DNA of 64,000 bases from Podarcis muralis (GCF_964188315.1 NC_135673.1:44330001-44394000); one strand, 5' to 3'; numbered from the stretch's first letter, positions 24,278 to 35,644 are shown. Numbers and translations: made by a program. The notes: a model not told the origin generated them from the sequence alone.

Positions 24278-24622
24278 TTCCAGTTACAGATAGGTAGCCG
24301 TGTTGGTCTGCCATAGAGACCTGGTCTGAACAAAGACATTGGATTCTTATCTCATTATACATGACAAAGCCATTTTTCACCTTCTCACCCCTTCCTTTTT
24401 CCTGTAAGACCTATTGCAGTCGTTAAGAGTCGTCAACAGGCTCATCAATCACCCATTCCCACCACCCTTCTGAGTAATACCCCTCCCCACCTTCTCACTA
24501 TATAGAAGGATCTGGCAACTTCTGTTTCAGTGTATCTGAAGAAGTGTGCATGCACACGAAAGCTCATACCAAGAACTAACTTAGTTGGTCTTTAAGGTGC
24601 TACTGGAAGGAATTTTTTTTGT
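24278..24622 (+). mobile_element. Penelope-like retroelement, 5'-truncated with inverted 5' piece
   Basis: Residual ORF end RPGLNKDIGFLSHYT* (24317-24364), resembling the GLN.D.GF.SHY C-terminus of PLE GIY-YIG proteins; pLTR containing a hammerhead; 5' piece 24278-24316 read as an inverted pLTR end; 13-bp direct repeat TTTAGTTAAACTG at 24265-24277 and 24623-24635. Confidence 0.85.
24532..24569 (+). ncRNA. Minimal type I hammerhead ribozyme in Penelope pLTR
   Basis: GTAT-CTGAAGA-A-GTGTGC AT GCACAC-GAAA-GC-TC-ATAC: core CUGANGA and GAAA, helix II GTGTGC/GCACAC, helix I GTAT/ATAC, palindromic AGCU helix III, predicted cleavage after C24565. Confidence 0.8.
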
Positions 24623-26398
24623 TTTAGTTAAACTGGAATCAAAGGCAGATCTTGGTAATATGTCAATTTGAGCAAGGCCAAAATTTGATGCCTTCATCCA
24701 GCCCCAGGCTGCCTTCTCAAAGCTGGGTAAGGGAGGTGCTGGGCTTTGGGAATGAGGCACAAGGCTCTAGCAGGGTCCTCCTGTCTCCTTCTCAAAGCTG
24801 GCAAGCTGGTATCCCCTTGGCCCCTGTATTGGGGGAACCAGTTGCACTGCCCTAAATGCTCAATGTGCCAGGATTCAGAATGAGTGGCGTGAAAGACCGA
24901 GCAAACCAGGGAACAAATAATACATGGTTTCAGCCCAATGACTCAATAGGTTCATGGAGAACCTTCTCCTGGCCTCTTGTCAATGCTGCTGAGGTCAGAG
25001 ACATAAGTGAGTGGAGCAACATCTGTTACTCTTGTCTTTCCACATTCCAACCATCCAGAAGTCAGGGGTTCTTACAGACACCCCTCTACATGCAGGCAAG
25101 CAAGAGGCATTACCACTGTTCCACACCTTAAGAGGGTACAGAGCACAGCCAGTGAGGGGGTGGGCCCACCTAGGGAGGGAGTATTGCATGGGAAGAACTC
25201 CAAAAGATGGATACAGAGACTTGAAGAGCTATACTTGGCCCCCCTTGGCATTCAGGTTTCTCATTGCTAAATTTAGGAGTGGATCATGAGACACCCTCTA
25301 ATCCTTTGACACGGCCACATGCACATATTGATGTTTTCATCCACTTAATATTTAAAAGCATGCAAAAAGAGAATGCCATTCAGACTAAAGGGCCATGACC
25401 ATTACAAAGAGTTAAAATATAATGCGAGAATAACAGTTTGCTACATAAAATTACCAGATGCAGAATTTCCATGAAGTAGTCAGTGGGGTTTAACAGATGT
25501 AAATGAGAAAAGAATCTCACTGATTTCTTATCTTTCTTTTTTCTCTTCCCACCCCCTTAAAAAAGAAAGAGTGTAAAATTGTATTTGCTGGAACTGTCTC
25601 ATGAGACAGACGTCTCATTTGCATTAGGGTTTATCTGTCACTATTAAATTAATTTAAAACTCAGCTTGATTAATTCAATTCCATTTCTAATTCTGAAACT
25701 TTACTTTTAAAAAAAACACCCTTTAACTTCGTCAAGTTAAATATAAAAAAATGAGCAAGGGGGAAAGATGTGTTTTGAATTGGCCCTCCTTCTACACTTG
25801 TCAATTAAATGGAAATTCACTAATTTCCCAGTCATTTTAAATTAAAGTGTAATTATTGCACAGATGACAAAGAAATGCCACAGATAATTCTCTTGGAAAT
25901 GCAAGCATTGCGAGCACAGAGGCTTGCAGCCAAATGGACAATGTGTCATTGCAAGTCTGGGGCTCATTCTCTGCAGGGAAAGGATGCTAAACTTAGCTTG
26001 ATATAGCCTTGGGTACAATTGCCTGCCATGCTTGCTTAGGAAGAAATATCTATGGGATGGGATTTGTCCCAAGGACTGTGTGCAACAGAGTCCATACTAG
26101 AAGCTTCTAGCAAGGAGAAGAAAAAGAGAGGTGACTAAAGTATGGTCTGGTCCCATTGTTTCTCGTCTTGCTTCATTTCATCTCCAGGCATCCAGTGTCC
26201 ACTATGATTAGGGATGCTGAGGAAATGCCTGTAAATTACAGGTCAAGACAATATTCATATAACTGTTTCTTGCAGAAAACAGATATTGTTTCTCTTCCTT
26301 AGGGAGAACAGCTCTTTGCGGTTGCAGAAGGACTCCTCACAGACTCCCCTTTCATTATTAATGTAAAGTGATAGTTCTGCTGCATTAGGTCAAAACAA

Positions 26399-26845
26399 AA
26401 TAGGAAGCTGATTTACACTGAGTCAGGTCATTAGTCAGGGCTGGCCCAAGACATTTTGGCACCTGAGACTGGCCTCAAAATGCCCCCCCCCCCCGGGGAA
26501 GGAGTCATGAGGGAATATCTCTATCAGAAACATGGGGGGAAGAAAGATTGACATCGGGATCTGCTGCCCAAGTGAATCCTGCCACCTGAGGCAGCCACCT
26601 CACCTCAGGGCAGGTTGGTGCCTGCTCTGAATAAAGATCTATATTGGGATCTGGATGTCAACTGTTGAGCAGGTCGCACACAATAACACACAGGCAGATT
26701 CTGCTGCCTGAGAAGGTTATCTCATCTTGCCTGATGGGTGGGCCGGCTGTCATTGATTCATCTAGTTCAGTATTTTCCACACTGATGGACTGTGACTCTC
26801 CAGGGAACATTCCCAGACCTACCTGGGGATGCTGGGATTAAACCT
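26399..26845 (-). mobile_element. Old squamate tRNA-derived SINE interrupted by a hAT element
   Basis: Tail taggaagctgatttacactgagtcagg lies left of the insertion; body atctagttcagtatt...cctacctggggatgctgggattaaacct lies right of it. Confidence 0.55.
26436..26749. mobile_element. Non-autonomous hAT element nested in a SINE
   Basis: Imperfect TIRs cagggctggccca / tgggccggctg; 8-bp flanks tcattagt / tcattgat. Confidence 0.7.
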
Positions 26846-26970
26846 CACTCAAAAAATTTACAGCCTTTTGATAAATTTCCAATGCAATTTATTGAATGGG
26901 ATAAATTCTTGACACGGTGCTTAGAAATTATGGAAAAGGGGTGTTTGATATGCTTGTGTGCTCCATCTAT
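26843..26970. repeat. Local direct duplication, copy A (paired with 30989-31163)
   Basis: Shared blocks gataaatt..caatgcaatttatt, aattcttgacac.gtgctta, tgtttgatatgcttgtgtgctccatctat. Confidence 0.85.
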
Positions 26971-27036
26971 GGAGCCCCTTCCAACTCTTTGGTTCTATTA
27001 TGCCCCCCTTACTTTGGAGGTCTAGAATCATGCATT

Positions 27037-27037
27037 A

Positions 27038-27087
<50 letters not shown>

Positions 27088-28221
27088 CATTATTATCATT
27101 ATCAATTATTTATACCCCCGCCCAGCCACCCTGGGTGGCTTCCAACTGAATATTAAAATACAATAGTCTATTAAAGATTAAAAACTTCCCTGAACAGGGC
27201 TGCCTTCAGATGTCTTCTAAAAGTCTGGTAGTTGTTTTCCTCTTTGACATCTGGTGGGAGGGTGTTCCACAGGGCAGGTGCCACTACCGAGAAGGCCCTC
27301 TGCCTGGTTCCCTGTAACTTGGCTTCTTGCAGTGAGGGAACTGCCAGAAGGCCCTCGGCACTGGACCTCAGTGTCCGGGCAGAACAATGGAGGTGGAGAC
27401 CCTCCTTCTGATATACTAGACCGAGGCCGTTTAGGGCTTTAAAGGTCAGCACAAGAACTTTGAATTGTGCTCAGAAACGTACTGGGAGCCAATGTAGGTC
27501 TTTCAAGACCAGTGTTATGTGGTCTCAGTGGCCGCTCCCAGTCACCAGTCTAGCTGCTGCATTCTGGATTAGTTGTAGTTTCTGGGTCACCTTCAAAGGT
27601 AGCCCCACAGAGAGTGCATTGCAGTAGTCCAAGTGGGAGATAACTAGAGCATGCACCACTCTGGCGAGGCAGTCCGCAGGCAGATAGGGTCTCAGCCTGC
27701 GTACCAGATGGAGCTGGTAGACAGCCACCATGGACACAGAATTAACTTGTGCCTCCATGGACAGCTGTGAGTCCAAAATGATTCCCAGGCTGCGCACCTG
27801 GTCCTTCAGGGGCACAGTTACCCCCTTCAGGACCAGGGAGTCCTCCACATCTGCCCACCTCCTGCCCCCACAAAACAGTACTTCTGTCTTGTCAGGATTC
27901 AACCTCAATCCGTTAGCCACCATTCATCCTCCAACCGCCTCCAGACACTCACATAGGACCTCCACCGCCTTCACTGGTTCTGATTTGAAAGAGAGGTAGA
28001 GCTGGGTATCATCCGCATATTGATGAACACCCAACCCAAACCCCCTGATGATCTCTCCCAGTGGCTGCATGTAGATGTCGAAAAGCATGGGGGAGAGGAC
28101 AGAACCCTGAGTCACCCCACAAGTGAGAGCCCAGGGTTCTGAACACTCACCTCCCACCACTACTTTCTTAACACGGCCTAGGAGGAAGGAGCGGAACCAC
28201 TGTATAACAGTGCCCGCAGCC
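27037..28221 (-). mobile_element. L2-clade LINE, 5'-truncated (about 1.2 kb) with (AAT)n tail
   Basis: RT motifs, ORF2 C-terminus, 3' UTR ...ggaagccacccagggtggctgggcgggggtat and an (ATT)n run at 27038-27105. Confidence 0.95.
27171..28160 (-). pseudogene. Disrupted L2 ORF2 (reverse transcriptase) fragment
   Basis: GVTQGSVLSPMLFDIY and HQYADDTQLY motifs, LNPDKTE, SHLDYCN, RAFSVVAPALWNTLP; split by a premature stop at about 27924 and further breaks. Confidence 0.9.
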
Positions 28222-28329
28222 TTAGCTGATGAGTGATCCCATGATCTACAGAGGTCATTGGATCTCCAGTTATAAAGATGGTTCAGTTAGCACCCCTACA
28301 CTCTAGGGAAAGTATAACAACACCCGAGA

Positions 28330-28652
28330 TGGATATTCTTCACACTTAAGCTATGAAATTCTCTCCCACAAGAAATAGAGATAGGCACCAGCTTGGACGG
28401 CTTTAAAAGGCAAATTAATGCATGATAATTTTATTAATGGCTGCTGGCCACAAAGCTATGTTCTGCCTCTGCTTTTGGAGTCAGTATGGCTCTGAATAAC
28501 AGTTGCTAAGAATCAGACGGGGGCAGAACACTCCTGCACTCAAGTCCTGCTTACATGCTCTTGATGGGGCACCTGGTTGGCTACCGTGAGAACAGGATGT
28601 TGGGCTAGAAGGGCTATTAGCCTGATTCTGCAGGCTCGTCTTATGTTCTTAT
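28330..28652 (+). mobile_element. CR1 LINE 3' end
   Basis: End of ORF2 (tatgaaattctctcccacaaga...gcttggacggctttaaaagg) and 3' UTR ending cttatgttcttatg. Confidence 0.65.
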
Positions 28653-28893
28653 GAGGTTCCTCGGCTGTCAGCATGACTGAATCACCACCTTCCAAATTTA
28701 AGGCCAGGAGATATGATAAGATATGAGGTGTCATTTTTAATGTTTGAAAAGGATGTGTTTACTATCTTCTAATATAATGGCTTAAAGGCTTTGATTCTTT
28801 TCTGATCAAAGAGAAGAGCTTAATGCCATTTGATGAAGCATGAATTCATAGATATAATCAGCAATGTTCTTTCTTTTCTTTTTCTTTTTTTAG

Positions 28894-28911
28894 CGTGCTC
28901 CCACAATAAGC
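28894..28911 (+). CDS. Candidate 18-nt microexon (RAPTIS in phase 0, or xCSHNKx in phase 1)
   Basis: Acceptor ttctttcttttctttttctttttttag|, exon CGTGCTCCCACAATAAGC, donor |gtaagt; length divisible by 3; CpG-retaining flanks. Confidence 0.35.
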
Positions 28912-29861
28912 GTAAGTTTCATTTGTGCTGCCGAGGGCTTTGGTACGTCATGCTAAATTTTCTGCGTGCTAAAGCAGGACTATTCCCCACAGAGTAGAAG
29001 AAGCAAAAGAGGGAAGCAAAAGAGAAAATGTTCATGCCAGAACTAAACAAGAATCAGGTTGTAAGCAATATTTGCAGGGTGGTGAGGGGAAAGGTGCATT
29101 ATTAACAAGGAACAGCAATAGAGGCACCTTGAACAAATGGCAGAAGAAATTAGCTTTTCAACTCAGGTAGCGATGCAATGGCAAATACCAAGGGAACTAC
29201 CAGTCTCTGCTGAAGTGTGTTTGAAAAACTGAAATAACAGAAAGAAGGAAACACAGTCGACTGGCATTTGGAAATAATTGAACACATTATGAGGGTCGTA
29301 TCCTCAGCAGGTGTAAAAGAGAGTAGCTTTGGGGTGTTAAACAAGTTTATCTTGACATCAGTGTTTTATTTCCTTTAAACAGGGCATGTAGAATGTCATC
29401 TTCACCCCAGGTGTAGCCTGGTAGTAAAATGCTTGACAATTTTCTATTTTTGAAAAGGGGGGTATCTTTCAGCAGGACTATCTCTACTATTGGACAGAGT
29501 GAGATAACTATCTTGTTTGGCAGACATTGAAGTATGAGAAGTGGTGGTGGGATATTGGTAGATAGAGCTGCATTTGACATGTGACCTGCCTTGCAGTCCC
29601 TAAGATCACCTGCTGCTTTCAGGTACTACAGAAGATGATGCAATATAGCCAGTGTTGAAATGAGAATCAACAGCCACCACAGCTAGCTTTTGTAAATCAA
29701 ATTGGTGAGGGGTGCTGTTTTGTCTTTTGCTTCAGGTAGTTAATCTCTTGTGCCCTGTGCTTCTATAATGGACTGTGCCATGTGCTTCTATAATGAAGAA
29801 TATCTATTGTGGAAAAAATGGTGATCTAGATATGTTTCTAACTAGGTACCACAAAATCATG

Positions 29862-30075
29862 GAATTGTGGAGTCATAGAGTTGGAAGGAACCCCAAGAGT
29901 CTTCTAGTCCAACGCCCTTTAATGCAGGAATCTGAGCTAAAGCATCCATGACAGATGCTTAAAAAGCGCCCAACCTCTGTTTAAAAACCTCCAAGGAAGG
30001 ACAGTCTACAACCTCCCGAGGGAGACTGTTCCATTGTCGAATAGCTCTTACTGTCAGAAAGTTCTTTCCATATGT
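29862..30075 (-). mobile_element. CR1 LINE 3' fragment
   Basis: Translates to KNFLTVRAIRQWNSLPREVVDCPSLEVFKQRL (CR1 ORF2 C-terminus); reversed gattct-type tail. Confidence 0.8.
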
Positions 30076-30988
30076 TTGGTGAGAATCTCCTATCTTTTGA
30101 CTTAAAACCAAGAGGCAAGCTCCTCCATTAGGATTTCTTTCTGTATTGACACTCCAGCTTGACCCACCCAAATTCAAGAGGCCTCACTATTGACCCACTT
30201 AAACCTGTGTAAGGCACCAGCTGGCTCATGCCAGGGAACTTGCACCATACTCTTTGCATCACTGAGAGATTTCACGGGGCATAGGATTGGCTGGCCTGTT
30301 GCTCCACAGAGCCCTACTGACAGTGGCTAGAAAGAAATGCTCAACTAGTCAGCCAGGAAGAATCGGGTGAACTGGGTTGCTGATAGAAACCCTGCTATTC
30401 TTACGTAAGCCATGCCTTACCATTGTAACATGAATTTGGAACCAACATATATTTTGGCTTTAAAAAAGCCCTGCACAAAACCCCTTGGCTTATTTGAACA
30501 ATATCTTTGCCCTGGAACCTGCCGCGTCCTGCATGCGATCCACCCAAGCTCATTTTTTAAAAAGGTAAATAGCAAAAGAAAACAGAAAAAAGAATAGTGC
30601 TCTGCTGAAATCAGTCTCCACTCCACCCCACATTTCTCAATTTCTACCTCATTTTCAAGGAACTCCAGATTTATTGATTTATTTTATAATTTTTTCCGAG
30701 TGTAGGGTTTTTGGACTCACTGTATCATTGTGGGGTGGCCAAGGTTAGTTTGTGTTTTTCTTTCAAATAAATATAATCCCAACGCTATGGAAGGCCTCTG
30801 GCTGCCTACTCCTTCTGATCTGCATTGGAGGCAACAGTTCATGATGTTTTTCCCGGGCTTTAATTGAATCCCAACCACCCAGGAGGGCAGCAGAGTGCAA
30901 ATCAATGATGAGAAGATGTGCTGAAGAAGAGAAAGGACACCCCTTGGCCACCTCAGAAGTAAAGTAAATGCAAAGAAAAAGCCCAGTG

Positions 30989-31163
30989 CCTCACCTTTGG
31001 AAATTTCAAAAAATTACCGCCTTTAGATAAATTTTCAATGCAATTTATTTTTGCATTAATTGATGCAGAATAGTCAGAGGAGTGGGAATGGGAGGAATTC
31101 TTGACACAGTGCTTAAAAAAATTATGGAAAGGGATGTTTGATATGCTTGTGTGCTCCATCTAT
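30989..31163. repeat. Local direct duplication, copy B (paired with 26843-26970)
   Basis: Same blocks as copy A with two extra inserts (about 9 and about 35 bp). Confidence 0.85.
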
Positions 31164-32189
31164 CAATGATGTGCCTACTGAGATTTAGCTGCGAGCTGAA
31201 CCAGATTATAAAACTTTAATAATTGTCTGCCATTCCCTCAAAGCACTGAAGAGGCCACGTTGTTCTCCAGTTTATATTTGATGTTCGATGCTGCTGAAGT
31301 TATTCCATTTTCAATCCAACTGGGAAGTCAGTGAGAAGAGAGAAAGTAAGCGAGGCTTTTCCCTTCTACCACGGCAATTAATGTCAGCTGGAATGATTAC
31401 AGTTTGGAGTGCACTCTGGATTCTGCTTCATCTAACTAACATATCTGCACATGCTCACTGCTAAAATAATAACTTCTGCAGCTTGCTTTCCCAGAAGAGC
31501 CTTCCTTCAGCACACTCAGTAAACTAAAAAGCCAGTGTGCATAATTGCAGGGCCTTTTGTTGTAGGGTTGTCTGCTTGTTTATTTTGCATGCAATTTACA
31601 TGGTTTAACATGTAAACCTAGTGATCAGGAAGATTCATGGCCATTATCAGAGTGTAGTAAAGATTGTGGCCCCTTTTCTTCAAGGATGGAGAACAAATGA
31701 AAGAAGGAATGAGTAAATAAATGCAAGCAAACAAGCACCAACCAACTTTGGTTGCTGTAAAGTTTAGGAATTCAGTCTTTGCAGATTCTAATGTGTAGTG
31801 ACCTGATCCACACCTCATTGACTAATGGGCTTATCAGAACAAGCTTTCACACCCCCTGAATATTCCAATGCAGTGCTTATCTCTTTTTTAAAAAATGTAA
31901 TGCATATTTTGAGAGAAAATGTTTTTAGAAATCTGTATATATTTATTATTTTTATGCTGTCAACACAGAGAACTTGGGTTGTGGGTTGGTATGTAACACA
32001 TTTTAAAATATGTATCTAAATGTAATTTTGTGCTTTAAAAAATGAAATTATAAGTTAATAAAGAAAGAGAACAGATGAAACTTCTGGGTGAACTGATGTG
32101 AATGTGACATGGGTTACATGACTAACCCTGAGTAGACAGGGTTAGGACTGCACTGACAGTCTATGAGAAATGAACTGATTTTCCTATTC

Positions 32190-33085
32190 CTAAAACCCCG
32201 CATGTTCACACTCTGTTTCAACGATGTCTACGCTGGCTTGGTCATGTCCACAGAATGGAAGATGGCAGGATCCCCAAGAACATGCTCTAGAGAGAGCTGG
32301 CTTCCAGGAACCAGGCCCATTGACAGACCAATTCTGTGTTACTAAGATGTCTGCAAACGTGACATGAAGGCTGACAACATTAACCCCAGCATGTGAGAAT
32401 CCCTTGAAGGCGGTGGCAGAGGAAGGGAGTGGGGGGCGGTCCACCCCAGGTGCCATCTCTGAGGGGGGTGACAAGAAGGCACCCTGTGGGGGGCTTGCCC
32501 CACCACCCCGGGCGAGGCAGCATGAGCTGCTGCCATTGCACAGCCACAGCCACGTAAGGAGGATCCCTCTGCCACTGCGAGGAGAGTACAGCTGCAGCCA
32601 TGAGCGGAGGATTCCGCTGCCGCCATGAGTGGAGGATCCCTCCACCGTCCGTACAGCGCATGCATGGCACAGCTGTACATAGTGGTGCACATGCATGCGC
32701 CGTACGTAGCTGCACATGCGCCGCCGGGCAGTTTGATCCGCCCTTGTGGGCTGTTTGACCCGCCCCTCAACACCCGCATTGGGTGCCAGAGAGCCTTCCT
32801 TCACCCCTGCTTGAGGGTGATCGTAGCACCTGGAAACAGACAGTCAGGTTGTGCATCCATAGCAGTAACCAGAGGATGGATGAGTGCTGGGAGGAGCACA
32901 GAGAGAAGAAACACTGTGGTGCATCTTCAACAGCACAACTGGGCAGCTACATCTGTCCCAGTTGCAACAACACATGTCTCTCCTGTATCAGTGTCTACAG
33001 CCACAACAGGCACTGTAACACTCCGGTCTGAGTTTACCTCAAATGCACACTCCTCCATTGTCTCCCTAGACAGATGGATGCCTAT
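32190..33085 (+). mobile_element. RTE-clade LINE 3' fragment, interrupted by a hAT element
   Basis: Degenerate RLRWLGHVHRMEDGRIPK..L..ELA motif before the insertion; C-terminal YICPSCNNTCLSCISVYSHNRHC zinc-finger-like end after it. Confidence 0.85.
32411..32809. mobile_element. GC-rich non-autonomous hAT element nested in RTE
   Basis: Imperfect TIRs cggtggcagaggaagg / ccttccttcacccctg; 8-bp TSD CTTGAAGG (32403-32410) / CTTGAGGG (32810-32817); the RTE sequence resumes on the far side. Confidence 0.8.
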
Positions 33086-33164
33086 CTATCACCAGATACA
33101 AACGGGGGGGGGGGGATCTTCACTTAAAAGGCTTTCTGGGAAAGGAAGGGCATCCTGTATACAC

Positions 33165-33308
33165 AGGGCTCATATGGTTAGAGCATTGTGCTGATAATGC
33201 CAAGATCATGGGATTGATCCCCATATGGGTGCATATTCCTGCATTGCAGGGAGTTGGACTAGATGATCCATAGGGTCCCTTACAACTCTATAACTCTATG
33301 ATTCTATT
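33165..33308 (+). mobile_element. tRNA-head / CR1-tail SINE
   Basis: Head ggctcatatggttagagca...ggattgatcccc; CR1-like end ggactagatgatcc...tctatgattctat. Confidence 0.7.
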
Positions 33309-33602
33309 TATCATTCTATCAAAAAGATAGTGGGAATGGTACCTGTTTGATATGTGGTGGGAGTTACAAAGAGTAAATGCGGGCATGCTAAAGACCCAGC
33401 TATATCATACAGAAGGGACCTATTGAAGAAATTATATCTGCAGGAAGCTATCTTCACAAACAGCAGTCTCCTTCACAAATTGCAGTTCTCAATATTCTTT
33501 GGGAGAAAGGCATACATTCCAAATCTGTGTTGGATGTGCTTTAACAATATGGTGCTCATCTGCAGATTGTCAGGATCCAGTCCATTCCTTTTGTTGCTCT
33601 CC

Positions 33603-33943
33603 GGCACTGTGGTCTAAACCACAGAGCCTAGGGCTTGCCGATCAGAAGGTCGGCGGTTCGAATCCCCGCGATGGGCTGAGCTCCCGTTGCTCGGTCCCAG
33701 CTCCTGCCAACCTAGCAGTTTGAAAGCACGTCAAAGTGCAAGTAGATAAATAGGTACCGCTCCGGTGGGAAGGTAAACGGCGTTTCCATGTGCTGCTCTG
33801 GTTCGCCAGAAGCAGCTTAGTCATGCTGGCCACATGACCCGGAAGCTGTACGCTGGCTCCCTTGGCCAATAAAGCGAGATGAGCGCCGCGACCCCAGAGT
33901 CAGTCACGACTGGACCTAATGGTCAGGGGTCCCTTTACCTTAC
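33603..33943 (+). mobile_element. Sauria SINE (slightly 5'-truncated)
   Basis: B box ggttcgaatccc; body shared with the other copies; ends ggtccctttacctta. Confidence 0.93.
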
Positions 33944-35269
33944 TCTTATAATATCGTATTTTTCTGTTTACATTTTAGCAGCAGCTGTGGGCAGACATCC
34001 TGCAGTAACACACCTTATAAATAGTGAAATAAATACCCAAAGAAGGATGTTGGGGGGAAGGGCTCCAGCCTTACTGGCAGAGATTTCTAGGCAGCAAACA
34101 CTGAAGGGAAGAAAAGAAAAGAAAAAGTCTGTTTCCCCCCCCCCCCCAAAAAAAAGGCAACGCGCAATCAAACCTCATTTCCTTTCAGAACTTTGAGAGG
34201 CTGCTTTAAAAGCAGGTATTTAAAAACCCTTTCGTCGTTAAGCTTCCTTGATGGGGTCCTGTTTTAAGCAGACAAATGGCTTTAGAAAGGTTTGAGGAGA
34301 AATGTAAATAGCTAATCTTGCCGATCACACAAGAATGGCAGCAGGCAAAACAATGAACTACACTGCAGGGCCTTCAGACCTGAGGAGAAACCCAGAGGAG
34401 GGGAAAGCTTTGTGGACTGAATTAATGAGCAAACACAAGCTTGTTTATGAACAGCTCAAGCTCCTGAAGAACACTCAGCAAGTCAATAACCAGCAAGTGG
34501 GGATACTTGAATAGCAAAGGGTTGAATAGCCATGGAAAGACAAAAAAAAAAGTGCCTAAGACTTCTCAAGAACAGCAATGAGGTGCTAAACCTGCTTGAC
34601 CTGAATCTCTTCACTTTGCAAGGAAGGGGTTAACAAATGGCTTGCTCCCCCATGGAAGGGTGGCAGTGGTGGAATTGTGCACACAGAACATTTCAGTCAG
34701 TATGAACAATACAGAGCTAGAAGGGGGCAGTGGTCTTTCTCAGTATAAACTATTCCTTGTGCTCTTAAGCATCCCACAGTGTCCCTGATACACCATAGCC
34801 CCATGCCATTGTGGGAAATTAGAACAGGGACTACCAGAACTGGGGATGGGGGGGGGGATATGCTCAGTTCAGTTCCCATTTAAAGGCAAACCTACCTAAT
34901 CCACACTTTCCAAAATTATCCACAAACCAAAAGGCAGCCATCTTATGAATATTCACTTCTTTAAATTCTGCTATGTACTTTTCAGTCATGTGGTCTGTAC
35001 AAATATGCAAATATTAGGGTAAGGTGTGAAAAGAAATACACTTTTCCCCCTGAAAATGCATTCTATTAATATAAATTCTTTGCAGAAACCAAGAGCATTT
35101 AGTACTTCTTGTCAATGTGTGTTAGTTAGGAAAACATATGACATCACCATGCTTTGAATATGTGCACGAAGTGACATCACAATATGCATCGTCCTGCCCC
35201 AATTCCAGTATTTATTATTGTTTAGATTTTATCTTATTTTATTTTACTTTACTTTATTACCTACCCTTC

Positions 35270-35500
35270 ACCATAACATCAAGACTTGATTACTACAATG
35301 TACTCTATGTGAGGCTACCCTTCTGCATGATAGCAGAAGCTCCAACAGGTGCAAAATGTTGTGCCTGGATGTTTGGTGGTGACATACCACTGCCAGCATA
35401 TGACTGTGGTCCTTGAAAGCTTGTACTGGCTGCCACATGTTACCAGTCCAGATTCAAGGTTCTTGCAATAATTTACAAAGTCATAAACAACTAAGGACAT
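35270..35500 (+). mobile_element. Degenerate L2 ORF2 fragment
   Basis: Translates TITSRLDYYNVLYVRLP (cf. SRLDYCNSLYVGLP in the 62 kb copy). Confidence 0.7.
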
Positions 35501-35644
35501 TCCTTATAACCCTGCCTAGTCAGATGTGTTAAGCCTGTCTGTGACACCCCCCCCCCCATGTCTCAGATGCATGGGTTGTATTCAGTATTGTAGGCCAGCA
35601 ATGATTAGCCAGGCCTCATCCATGGTGAACTCTATTTTAGGCAC

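Noticed and set aside
32190-33194. Longest ORFs of the window (204 aa, 189 aa, 145 aa) as host genes
   Set aside because: They run through a GC-rich hAT insert and an RTE remnant; low stop density and palindromes explain them.
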